Shown here: piece after piece, positions 39,801 to 50,010 of the stretch
How positions within the stretch are numbered: the stretch's first letter is position 1
Layout: every line of letters begins with the position of its first letter
DNA from: Chrysomallon squamiferum
Taxonomy: Eukaryota > Animalia > Mollusca
Length of the DNA: 64,000 nucleotides
Assembly: GCA_012295275.1 (NCBI GenBank)
Contig: CM022665.1
Coordinates: 31,496,001 to 31,560,000 of the forward strand
Reading direction: 5' to 3'
The notes under the pieces: generated by a model
What the model saw: the letters and a program-made list of their open reading frames with translations, nothing else
The model's database searches: none
What the model was told of the DNA's origin: nothing
Made by a program: the position numbers and the translations under genes

Positions 39801-42800
39801 CCACAAAAAACATGTACAAGTATGTACCCTGGTCACTAAAGCCCTGATAACAATCTGTTAACTGATATCTGATGACCTTCACATCAACTCTGCTGTTTTG
39901 CATTCAGTCCACACCTGAATCAAGGTATTAATAACTTGTAGGTAAACACATCTGTCAATTTTCAAAGGCATCTTTGCACTGGCACTTTGTTTATGAAAAC
40001 AACAAACCAAATTATTAAGGAATTAACAGGGGGAAAAAAACCTTTCACCTTATTTCTCAGATGACAATATTCAGTATATTGTCATATATTCTGGCTATGG
40101 GCTCTTTCTAATCTTGATAAACATGGTCTCAGATTTCAAATGACTAAATATTTCCAGAATTCTGAATAACAAAGCACCAAATGGCTTAAATAAAAGGCTG
40201 CAAACATTTTCAATTATTTGTAGAAAATACATCAGTCTTCTGTTAAAAGATTTATTAAAAAATATATAAACAATGAAATTTCCAATATCTATAATTATAT
40301 TTTATATTTGAATGCAAACTTGTAAACATGACAAAAAACCCCCCAAAAAAACCCATTAATAATGTTTACAAACAGAACTTTGAAACTGCCTGTCAACACT
40401 AGCATTTTTTTTTTATGACCAGATTGAATTTCTTTTTTCCTTTTTTTTTTCACACAGCTATTTCAAATTCTAACACTGTAAACTGAAACTGTAACAGAAT
40501 CAAAAGTTTAATTTAAACATATATATATTACATAATTTGAATGCTTTCTTAATCCTAGCTTTAATTAATTCCATAAAAATCATTTCTTTATTCCTTCTTA
40601 AACACAGAAATAAACTGTTTTATATATAATTAAAACAAAATCAGTTAATAAAAAATATATATAACTTTATTATTCCAAAAATTTGAAACAATTTCCACAT
40701 AAACCATAAAACTAATAAATAAAATGTTATACTCTTATTAATTTATAAGAATGAATAAATATTTAATTGACAACTCATTTTAATAAGGTATTTTTAATTA
40801 AATATTAATATACATTTCTTTCAACAATATATTCATCATATGAGACAGGAGGAAACTTTATGCAACTTACCTGCCTCTCTTGCCAATTAGAAGAAAATGT
40901 ATTTTTTATTGTTGTAAGTATTTGATAAACAGGAATGCATAAAATATACTAAGGACCACTCATAGGACTCTTAGCAATGATATACTGTTCATAAAAATAT
41001 TTTATTCAAACACATGAGTTTTTATCATCATCATCATTTTATATTCATTTTCATGATTTTGTAATCATCACTTCATTATCACTATCATTATCATTGTAAT
41101 CATTTATTAATTCAAATTCTGTGGTTAATTTCTTAAAAATAAACAAACAGTGGAGAAAAAAAGTATGACAGACAATTTGATACTAAAGTGTTTTCATCTG
41201 GAATAACAAGCCTCAGTATTTCTTAATTATTTTCAGTTGAGCAAACAGCACACAAATTCTTCTCAGTAAGTTGATGTACTTTCATGCCTGGCAGAGCATA
41301 AAGATAAAAAAAAAAACTGACAGGCGCCCACACATTACATAAAAAGTATGTTATTTCCTTTTATGATCATTTTACACTCCAGCAAGTAGACACCAACAAG
41401 ATCAGATTTCCAACTTATCTGAAAGACCTTTCAATTAAAGAAACTGAAAGAGAAAATTATTTTTATTTATTCTGTTTATTATTCAGTTTTTTGTTTTTTT
41501 TTAAATCTGTTTTTGTTAGCTTTCCTTCCTTTCTATTTTTTATTCTTTTTTTTTAATTATCATTTATTTAAAACTGACTGATGTTTGTTTTTTGGTTTTT
41601 GTAACTGAGCCTTCTTGGGTATAATGTACAGTATATCCAACTGTGCAAATAGACACTGTCATCATTGTTTACTACTAGAGATCTATTTATAAAAAGGAAT
41701 AAATTTTGGTTGTAACATGAAATAAAAAGATGAAAATCTGTATTTTTATTGCTCCACCAAATAAACCATAAAATATAGAACAAATATGAAAGTAGAAAAA
41801 AGTTAAGAATCTTTCACAGAAAGATTATAAAAATTAAAATTTACTTAAGCCAAGCTTTTGTTAATACTCCTCTGCAGCTGCATCCATCTTTACAATAATA
41901 ATAATAAGAAGAAGAAAAATATAAATAATATTTATATTAATAAGTAGATACATATTTTTGTTTAATTTACACTGTACTGAACCTCATCTCCTATGTCAGG
42001 ATATTAAAACCTAAGTAAATTTGAGTTAATGGGCTGATGTAAAAAGAGTAATTCTAAGTCTGGCAGTTTCCAAGAACATATAAAAAAAATAATGATAATA
42101 ATAATAAGCAAAGAGTAAGCTGTACATATTCATGTACTGTACATTAAAAGTAGTAGTTTTTCCTTTACAACCAAACACAACAAAATAAAAAAGATATCTT
42201 GAAAAAATGCATTTTCTCCCTAATCTATTACATTCTCTTTTATCCCCTCAAGTTTGTACAAAACTTTTTTTTTTTTTTTTTTTTTTAAAATTTGTTGTCT
42301 ATGTAAATTATATAAGTACATTCAATATACAGCTTTTAAAAGAAATACTTTAAATTTCACAGTGTTTCTTTCATTTGTGTCCAAAATTAACTTTATTAGA
42401 ATGGTTAGAATTGGTTTCAAAATTGGCAATTACAGAAAAATAAACCAGGTAAGAGGCCTGAAAACCAGAACTGACTGTTTAATGTCAAGGAAAGAAAGGT
42501 AAGTTTTGTGTAACAACATTTCACAGAATGTTATTTGACTGGTGGCTGCTGTAAGTTTTGGATACTAACCAAGTGATTACTCCAATGCTTAGGTCAGAAC
42601 CACAGGGTACATAATCTTATAGGATACAATTATTGCTTGTTTTGTTGTTAAAAAAGAAACTTGGTATATCTGTATGATAAAACTACTGCTTGTTTTATTA
42701 TTAATAAATAATTTGGCATATTGTTTTTGAGGTGTTTTTTTGTTGTTGTTGATATATCTAAGATGCAAGGGTTTATTTTGAAAATACAGGAATGTAACCA

Positions 42801-43169
42801 TCAAGGACCTGAAGTTTGATCCTGTGACTCATGTATTTCCTACCATATATCACACATATATTTATAACTCATTCAGTTTAATGCAAAAGTTTGTGGGTGT
42901 ATTTTGTTGTTACTATTGTTACACTAACTGTAAATTGATTATGTACAGTCATAACTTGACCAGGTTTTTTTTAATAATATTAATAAATATTGTCACTTTT
43001 CCTGAAGAAAAAAAAAATCTGAGAAAAGCAGAATACAAAAATGTAACTTGTACTGACCTGCAGCTTCTCTTATTTTCATTCCAAACTTCTGGACATCTTC
43101 TTCATTGTCCTGGATGCCAGTACTGCTTTGTCCTGCTTCATTTCCATTAGAATTAGGAGAAAACATCAT
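1597..43169 (-). CDS. DMD: Dystrophin (invertebrate dystrophin/utrophin orthologue), 5' part; multi-exon, continues beyond the window start
   Basis: Join (minus) 43169-43058, 13736-13675, 9958-9866, 7616-7536, 5129-5037, 4430-4339, 3374-3294, 3040-2925, 1820-1597 is open with all GT-AG introns. It gives ...[137 protein letters not shown]..., which has the dystrophin-type IILHWQVK and LxQTNxEK motifs. Confidence 0.93.
2925..3040 (-). CDS. DMD: Dystrophin exon equivalent to human exon 7 (CH2)
   Basis: ttttccag|G CCT GAG CTG TTT ... GAT GCT GAA G|gtgggt; [39 protein letters not shown]; 116 nt. Confidence 0.95.
3061..3225. repeat. Degenerate (ATGG/ATGA)n simple repeat
   Basis: Direct reading. 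Confidence 0.8.
3294..3374 (-). CDS. DMD: Dystrophin exon, 3' half of human exon 6 equivalent (CH2)
   Basis: tttcag|G TAC AAG AAT ... AAA TTC AG|gtgaga; [26 protein letters not shown]; 81 nt. Confidence 0.95.
4339..4430 (-). CDS. DMD: Dystrophin exon, 5' half of human exon 6 equivalent
   Basis: cttcag|GTG AAG GAT GTA ATG ... ACT GCT GG|gtgagt; [31 protein letters not shown]; 92 nt. Confidence 0.95.
5037..5129 (-). CDS. DMD: Dystrophin exon equivalent to human exon 5 (CH1)
   Basis: ttacag|ATC AAA CTT ... CAC TGG CAG|gtaaac; [31 protein letters not shown]; 93 nt, as in human. Confidence 0.95.
5196..5225. repeat. (CA)n microsatellite
   Basis: Direct reading. Confidence 0.95.
5790..6450. repeat. 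Degenerate tandem repeat, ~180-bp and partial units
   Basis: Recurring blocks: tttttggtgcatcagg..catgtacac, cagtttttcagttttgttt and ggtttcttttat. Confidence 0.65.
7536..7616 (-). CDS. DMD: Dystrophin exon equivalent to human exon 4 (CH1)
   Basis: tttttaag|AAA AGA GAA ... TAC AAT|gtaagt; [27 protein letters not shown]; 81 nt. Confidence 0.93.
9866..9958 (-). CDS. DMD: Dystrophin exon equivalent to human exon 3 (CH1)
   Basis: ttgcag|GCT AAC AGA ... TCA TTA|gtaagt; [31 protein letters not shown]; 93 nt, as in human. Confidence 0.95.
10543..10685. repeat. Minisatellite, about 3 x 46-48 bp
   Basis: cataaaatt.atatgttgt.ataaaaaggtaaatattt repeated three times. Confidence 0.8.
12105..12220 (+). 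mobile_element. Degenerate dispersed SINE-like repeat copy
   Basis: tttcctgccccaaccagtggcc...tgtgggaaggtatatgtaaaagatcctttgctactaattgaaga; shares its core with copies at ~49870, ~51400, ~3860 and ~37570. Confidence 0.5.
13675..13736 (-). CDS. DMD: Dystrophin exon equivalent to human exon 2 (first common exon)
   Basis: ttttgcag|AT GAA AGA GAA GAT ATC CAG AAG AAA ACT TTC ACA AAA TGG ... TCT AAG|gtaagc; 62 nt with phase-1 acceptor, as in human exon 2. Confidence 0.96.
15520..15830. repeat. Degenerate tandem repeat
   Basis: Recurring tactggacatgt and atcaagtttg.ca.tg.gcagac.tccaaa blocks. Confidence 0.6.
18562..18666. repeat. Compound (GAT)n(AAT)n microsatellite
   Basis: Direct reading. Confidence 0.97.
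26464..26500 (-). CDS. DMD: Dystrophin alternative first coding exon C ([13 protein letters not shown])
   Basis: aaaaATGG start context; 37 nt = 12 codons + 1; consensus donor AAG|gtgagt; phase fits exon 2. Confidence 0.6.
29325..29462. repeat. Short direct duplication (~45 bp x 2)
   Basis: ttcaataaaaagtggcaacaagttttggaatttggttaattaa vs ttcaacaaaaatttgcaacaagttttgaaatctagttaattaa. Confidence 0.7.
29880..30015 (-). mobile_element. Degenerate SINE-like repeat copy, reverse orientation
   Basis: agcatcttttatgagcacctttccacagagaatgacataacac is the reverse complement of the family core. Confidence 0.4.
30683..30773. repeat. (CATA)n and (CA)n microsatellites
   Basis: Direct reading. Confidence 0.93.
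38086..38227 (-). CDS. DMD: Dystrophin alternative first coding exon B ([14 protein letters not shown]...[10 protein letters not shown])
   Basis: aacATGG; 142 nt = 47 codons + 1; donor T|gtaagt; acidic peptide joining to give Y-EREDIQKK. Confidence 0.72.
38575..38975. repeat. Tandem triplication, ~140-150 bp unit
   Basis: tttctttat/ac.actggat...aaactatgaaa..agt...caggtg occurs three times. Confidence 0.8.
43058..43169 (-). CDS. DMD: Dystrophin alternative first coding exon A ([38 protein letters not shown]); whole exon 43237-43058
   Basis: Strong acceptor tttttgttttcag before 43237; ATG at 43169; 112 nt = 37 codons + 1; donor GCAG|gtcagt. Confidence 0.78.
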
Positions 43170-43943
43170 GATGACTTGCAAAGTATTTTCCTTTTACTGA
43201 GCTGTATCCATTAGGTCAGTTGTAAATATTACTTCAGCTGAAAACAAAAAGGAAGAAATTTAAATTATCGATGAAATAACTTTGGAATTATTTTTATTTA
43301 TGACTGAACAAAAACATTTAAGCTTAAAACAAAATATATTAAAACTAGAGTATGAAGTGAATGTTTTGACTTGGGTCACTAAACATTTTTTTTTCTATAT
43401 TAAAGTGATGGTGTCAAAATTTTCAACAAGTTTATAAAGTATACACAAAGGTTCAACATATTTTTTTTTTTTTTTTTTAAATTAAAACATTTTCTTTAAC
43501 ATTATAATAACAGCTGTCATAGACATTAGAGGAAAAAAGGAAAAGAAAAAATATTAAATTCTTTATAATCCACTGACTTAAAAATCTATTGCATATGCTT
43601 AGTTATATTCATTTAGTAAAGAATAATCCAGCTGCTGCCAATTCAGACAACTTTTTAAAGTATTTTACAATAAAAAGTTTTTCAATATGTATTTCATACA
43701 AAAACTAAATGAGCCTGAATATGCATGCATACATGTTGAGCAAAAAAACATGTCTGTGTGTGTATGTCTGCATATTAAAAGAAAATGGCAAGATATTCAG
43801 CTTTTGAAGTCTGAGGACCAAGGTGACAGCCGGTTCAGATTATAAAGCAGGCAAAACTCCAAAAGAATATAATTATAATATCTGCATGTGCCAATAAAAA
43901 AGTCATTAGAAAGTGTTGCAAGTACAATGCAGACCCTCATGAA

Positions 43944-43945
<2 letters not shown>

Positions 43946-43978
<33 letters not shown>
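43946..43978. repeat. (TG)n microsatellite
   Basis: Direct reading. Confidence 0.95.
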
Positions 43979-43980
<2 letters not shown>

Positions 43981-46185
43981 TATGTGTGAAAAGTTTTATA
44001 TGCTACATAATATTTTATCATAAAGTATTTTTAATATTCACACATTCAATATTTTTATTTTCTTGTTCAGTAGAAGAAAATGATAAAAAGAAGAAAAAAA
44101 ACCCAGCAAATATTATTATCTATCTGACATACAATAATATAAATGAAAAATGAATGCATACAGAAGTGTTTTTAAAAAAAAAAGAAAATGAAAATGAACT
44201 TACTTATGACATGAAAGGTTGTAATAAATAAACATATAAGTAAATAAAAATTGAAATAAATAAAATAAGTAAATATATAAACAAAATAACAAGAAAAAAA
44301 ATCCCAGATTTGTAATATTAATGAATTTCAAAACTTTACATTTTTTTTCCATGAAACTCTAATCAACCTCATAAATTTCTTCACTGCAACTCTGGGCTGC
44401 TAGATACAATGAAGAAGAATGCTATTTTGAAACTGGAGGCAGAAGGTCATATGATCCACCCAGCAGAGAAGACTGAATCTTTTGTGTGAGAAGACCCTTC
44501 AATTGTATGGCTGCAATAATGTGACAGACTTTTAACATTGGGGTGTCTGATGAATATCTTTATGTTACAGAGAAATACCTTTAAAAAAGCAGTGAGGCAA
44601 GAAAAATTATTTCACCCAGATACATTGTATACTGGGTATTATACAACAAAAATAAACAGTCCTTGTTTATTTATTTCTTGTATAAATTTATAATAATTTC
44701 CATAGTTTAATGTCTGATAGTATAATGTTATCTTGACATAGTATTAACATATTACTGAAATACTTCAAAACTGAATTACTTTAATATATACTGTTCTTTC
44801 AATTATTTTCAATTTTGTGAAAGAAATTAAAAAAAAAAAAAAAAAATAAAATAACATCACTTCAAAGTTTCTAATCATAATTCAAACAATTAACTTGCTA
44901 CACTGAATCCACAGAAAGCAGCTTTGAATTTTTATAGATTATGTATAATCCAAAATCCTTGGTGAACACATATAAGGAAACCATTAAATAAAACATTACA
45001 CATAAAAACTGAACTAAATTATAAAAAAAAGAAATTATTTTTTTTATTTTTGTAAATTTTTATTTATGTTCTGACAACCTGCATATCAAAATACTAAATC
45101 TAATAAATGCATATACATATTGTAAGTACTGTTATATAGATAAAAGTTTATATGTCCTAACATTAGGTACATAAAGGTTATGAAAGTAAAAGCAATTGTA
45201 AGGCTGTGAGAATTATTTCCCTTGAACATTTAATGAAAGCAACTGTATACTTCAGTGGTGTTCGATTCACAGATGAAACAAAGTAATAAAAATATTCCAG
45301 TAATTAGTTATATGGATTACCTATGTATAAAGTAATTCTTTTCTTAGTTAAAACACATCACAATATTTACTTTAATGCTTAAAGATTTTCTAATATACAA
45401 GATCTTGTCATATACAATACAGAAGTAAAATAAAATTACAATAAGTCTCTTGCTTTATCAAAAGTTTGTTATTTATTAATTATATATATATATTTGTTAT
45501 TAGCATTGGCCATTTTATATCTGTACATCATGCAAGAAAAGAACAAATTTAGTTTTTGGCTTGTAAGTGCATCAACTTTACATTCAGTGAAGTATTAAAA
45601 CATCATTTAAAGTCTACTATTAGTTATACACCTAGATACGATATATTTTTAAAACTTTTAAGTTATGCCCAATTTTTGCTAAAAATGAAGTTGAAGCGTT
45701 TCCTTTCATCATTACATGATGTAAATCACTTAAATCTAGTAAATCGTTTTTGTTGTTTTTTCAACAAAAAGGGAAATTCCTTTTTTTTTAATGTTTTTCT
45801 CCAATTTTATATAATTTTACTGTCATACTTTATTATTACTATTAATCAGTAAAGATAATTTGTCAGTAAACTGAAAAAACTTGGAAGTACTAAAATGTAT
45901 TTAGACAATCTGCACAAACTATCAAAGTTACACTTTACGAAAAGGTAATAAGAAGATAAAAGCCCATTTGTCTTTGAGAGTCAGACAGCAGACATATACT
46001 GGGATGAGTTTTAATCCTGTCTTGTGCTAACACACGAATTCTTCACATTCCCTATCAACAAACACAAATCTATTGTGCTTGTACCTGTCTACATTATGAC
46101 TGTAAAGTAAACTAGGTGTGTGTATGTAAGGGTGGTCCAAATTAGCTTAGTAGTGGCAGTATAGAGACAGAGAAAGAAAGACAAA

Positions 46186-46241
46186 GACAGAGAGAGAGAG
46201 AGAGAGAGAGTGAGAGAGAGAGCAAGAGAAAGAGAGAGAGC
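46186..46241. repeat. (AG)n microsatellite, imperfect
   Basis: Direct reading. Confidence 0.9.
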
Positions 46242-49200
46242 AGTAAATAATGTTCAGGAAATTAATTTTTATTTTTTTTATTTTCTAATTGGATATGTAG
46301 AAACATTTCACATAATTTAAAATAAAAATAACTGTATTATTCATCCTACTATCAAAAACAACATTATTTGAAATGTTCCTTTTCTTACAATTCAAATATG
46401 AACTTTTTTCACCTTAACATAAACCAAATTAAGCTCTATTTATCCTGACATTCAGATGCATTCCACATTTAAACACAACTATCTTAGAGGAAAAATGAAA
46501 ATAAACAAACCAAACACCTGATATTTTTATAATATGAAAAACAAAAATATGTATCAACCATTTAAATTCATTAACAATTGTAACAGCCAAAATTTTAATA
46601 TACAGCCAATGTAGCTTAGTTAATATAAAATCAAAACCATTACAGCTGGTTAAAAACAATGTTTTGAATATATCACTGAAGATGATAAATGTAACTTGAT
46701 TAGTTAAATCTTTCCACAATCCTGGCAATTCAATTATTTCCAGATGTAAAACCTGATCAGATTACCAAACCAATCCATAAGAATAAAAACACATAAAGCA
46801 AGTATCAACACAAACCTGAGAAAAAAAGAGGAAAAAAAATCCTCCTCCAACTGTTAAATGCTTCCCCATGTATTTATGATACACACATGGAGTGGGTCAC
46901 ACTATTACAATAAATATGTTATCAGTGTTTACAACACTAACAAGGACAGATGAAGTTACAGGAGAATGTTGTTATCACATCATCCAGGGGTTTGTTCATG
47001 CAGAACTGCCTAGCAAACAAGCTGGTAATCAGGTACAAGAAATTAGATATTAAATAATTAACCAACTGCCTTGAAGATGCCATTCCATGGAGGTCACAAT
47101 GACATCAGCTAAAATGAACAGATATTTTTAATCTAAGGTTTTATTTTGAATTGACATCTCTGTAGAATTTGTGGCTTTGGTTAGAATTCTGAAGATGAAA
47201 GGTATCGGTGTCACAGAAGAAGATAAAGAAAAGTTCAGTAACAAAGAAAATGCTAGCATCCATATTTGATGACACCAAGATAAAATAACTACTTTACAAT
47301 TCACTGATAAAACATTAATCATTATTACTTCTTCTTGTTTTTTCATAGATGTTTAGTTGTTGGTAGGAGGATGGGTGTAGGATGCAGTTTTATTCTTTTG
47401 ACATTCTTTTGTTTGTTTCATTTTTTTATTACTTTAAATTTTAATAAATAATTTGTTTTTATGTATTAAATTTTGTAAATAGACAATTTAATGTTTAAAT
47501 TCTGTTTTCCTTTTTTATTAAATATCATTTATAATATTAAAAGTTCATCAAAAAACAATAAACAAATATATTCAAATTATTTCTGACATTTCTTGCACAA
47601 AATCAAAAAGCCTATTGTAACACATACTGAAGATACCTACCAACCCTGCCCATGTATGTACCTCTGCATTCATCAATTTCAAAATACAGGTAAGGCCTAT
47701 ATGTTTAACTCTTTCTAGATCTGTTTACCCTGATGTTTCCATCCAGTGAACATTGTTACCAATAACCAGATCGTAAATTCGTCCCATTCATAAACATATT
47801 ATATGCGTCATTAAATCTTTATGACACAGAATTCCAGAATGGACACACTTCAGTGGAGATGGCAGATTGCTTTATATTCTGATAGCAAATTATTTTCTGC
47901 CACAGTTCCTTCAGTACAATACAATGCAATAATTCTTTCAACACATGCAATACAATGCTAATGATAAAGAATATAGGTTTATAACTACATATTTTTTATG
48001 TTTGTTTCTTGTTACAGAAAATAGCTCATACCTGTGCTACATCCTATACAATTATACAAAAAATGAAACTCATTTCCAGCATCAGTGAAATATAACCAAT
48101 CATTAGTCTGCTGTTAACGCAGAGGCTGTATAAGAGAAATGCTGGTTAAAATACTGAATAAATAATTTTTTGGGTACAAACAAAACAGTTAATTTTTTTT
48201 TTAGGTGTTTTTGCACATTCAGTTTTCAAATTTAAAGCAACAAAAGAAAGACAGAGAGAGACAGAAAGAAAAAGAAACAAAGACAATCTTCTTTTTTTTT
48301 ATTTTTTAAATGAGTTGAAGAAAAAGAAAGTGAGCAAACTGTAAAAGAAATTTATCACAGTCAAATAGATTTATCTTTTCTTATCACTAACCTAAAATAA
48401 AACTCAATGCCTTTTACTGAAATATGTTAAGAGTGATGAAGTAAAGTTAGAATGAAAAGTTCTGAAGAAGTAAGTTAAAAAGAGGAGGCCTGGTGCGATG
48501 TTTCAGAACACTGCAGATTGTGTGTCATGCCATGACAGACAGACATCTACCAAGCTAGCTGTCAGACAGGTGCATTGTAAATTAGCTTCAAGACCTCTTT
48601 AAGTTTTTCTTTCATCACACTTCACAGAAATATAAATCAGAAGGTACACTGTTTTAAAAAAAACATTGGTTAATCACCTCGAAAAATATTCCTAGCATAT
48701 GCTTTATACATTGGATACTATAAAAGTAGAGATAATTAATTAAATTAAATGTTTTTACCAAATGTAAGTGATATATATAGAATTCTGATAAATACCATGA
48801 AATATGTATTTCATTACCTATAATTATGAAATATGTTATAAAGAAATGATTAATAACATAGTCCTTGTTGAAGCAACAGATCTGTTAATTTTGTGTCTGC
48901 ATTAATTTGAGTACTTAAAACATCTACCTTCAAATTTCTTGTCAACTGGAAAATGCACATAAAAATAAAAAATGAAATAATATGTAATACTGCATAAGTA
49001 GTTTAACTAAGGATCTAACGTGCTGTTTCCCTGAACATTTTAAATATATGTTAAAATAATCAAATATGTAACAAGTAGCCTATTACATCAAAATATAAGG
49101 ATAAATACTTATAAAATTCTCTAGAACCAGTTTATATCAAAACCGTTTGAGAAGGAGTGATAGCATATTATTATTATTATAATTTTGGGGTGTTTTTTGG

Positions 49201-49869
49201 TTTACCAGTATACTTTATAATACTGACGTTTTCTTTTTCACTTTTTTCCTTTAATACTGAACAGCTGAACATCTGACACTAATATTATTTACTCTAGTTT
49301 TAAAGAAGAACAATAAAATAAACCAGATAAAATAAGTTCTGGTACATCTTGACAAACAGAATCAATCCTACCCAGTTAAAAAAAACCCAGATAACTTAAC
49401 AGTTTACATAAATAGATGCATGTGTGTGTGAGTAAAATGTTTGTAATTTAAGATTAGTGCCAAATAACTTGTCAGTTTTAAAAAATAGCAGAAAATTTAG
49501 TTTTATAACATTTGATTAAAGAAAAAAAAATATTAAGAAAATAAAACTCCATATTTAGCAATACAATTTGTACTAATATTCCTCCTTCCTCTTTTTTCAA
49601 AAAATATGTAAATTATCAAATCTTAAAGTTATTTAACAGCCTATTAAATAGTAATACAAGATGTAAGACAATATACTGTATGCTGCAAACACAAGTGATA
49701 TAGTGTAAAAGTGATACTTTGAAATCTCATTTTTCTTTTTCTTTTTTAAACACTGCCAAAAATACCTTTCTGCCTTAAGCTGAGACTTTTAAAATAACAG
49801 ATCTGTAATGTATCCTTTTTGAAGCTTTTAAAAAGTGCAGCACAAGTCATTTGCACTGAAATCCTTTAT

Positions 49870-50010
49870 TATTTCCCTTCCCAACCAGAGCCTTACAACT
49901 ATCAATGGCTAAACAATGTGTCTTTCTGTCTAGGGAATGTTCATTTAAAGATCCCTTTCTTCTGATCAGTAAGAGTAGCCCAAGGGAAACCTGCAGATTT
50001 CTTCTTTCAT
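49870..50010 (+). mobile_element. Degenerate dispersed SINE-like repeat copy
   Basis: ttcccttcccaaccagagcc...ctgtctagggaatgttcatttaaagatccctttcttctgatcagtaagagtagccc; same family as 12105-12220. Confidence 0.5.

Noticed and set aside
40866-40885. Strong minus-strand donor CAG|gtaagt
   Set aside because: Lies in a decayed repeat fragment, with no ATG-led open frame or acceptor upstream.
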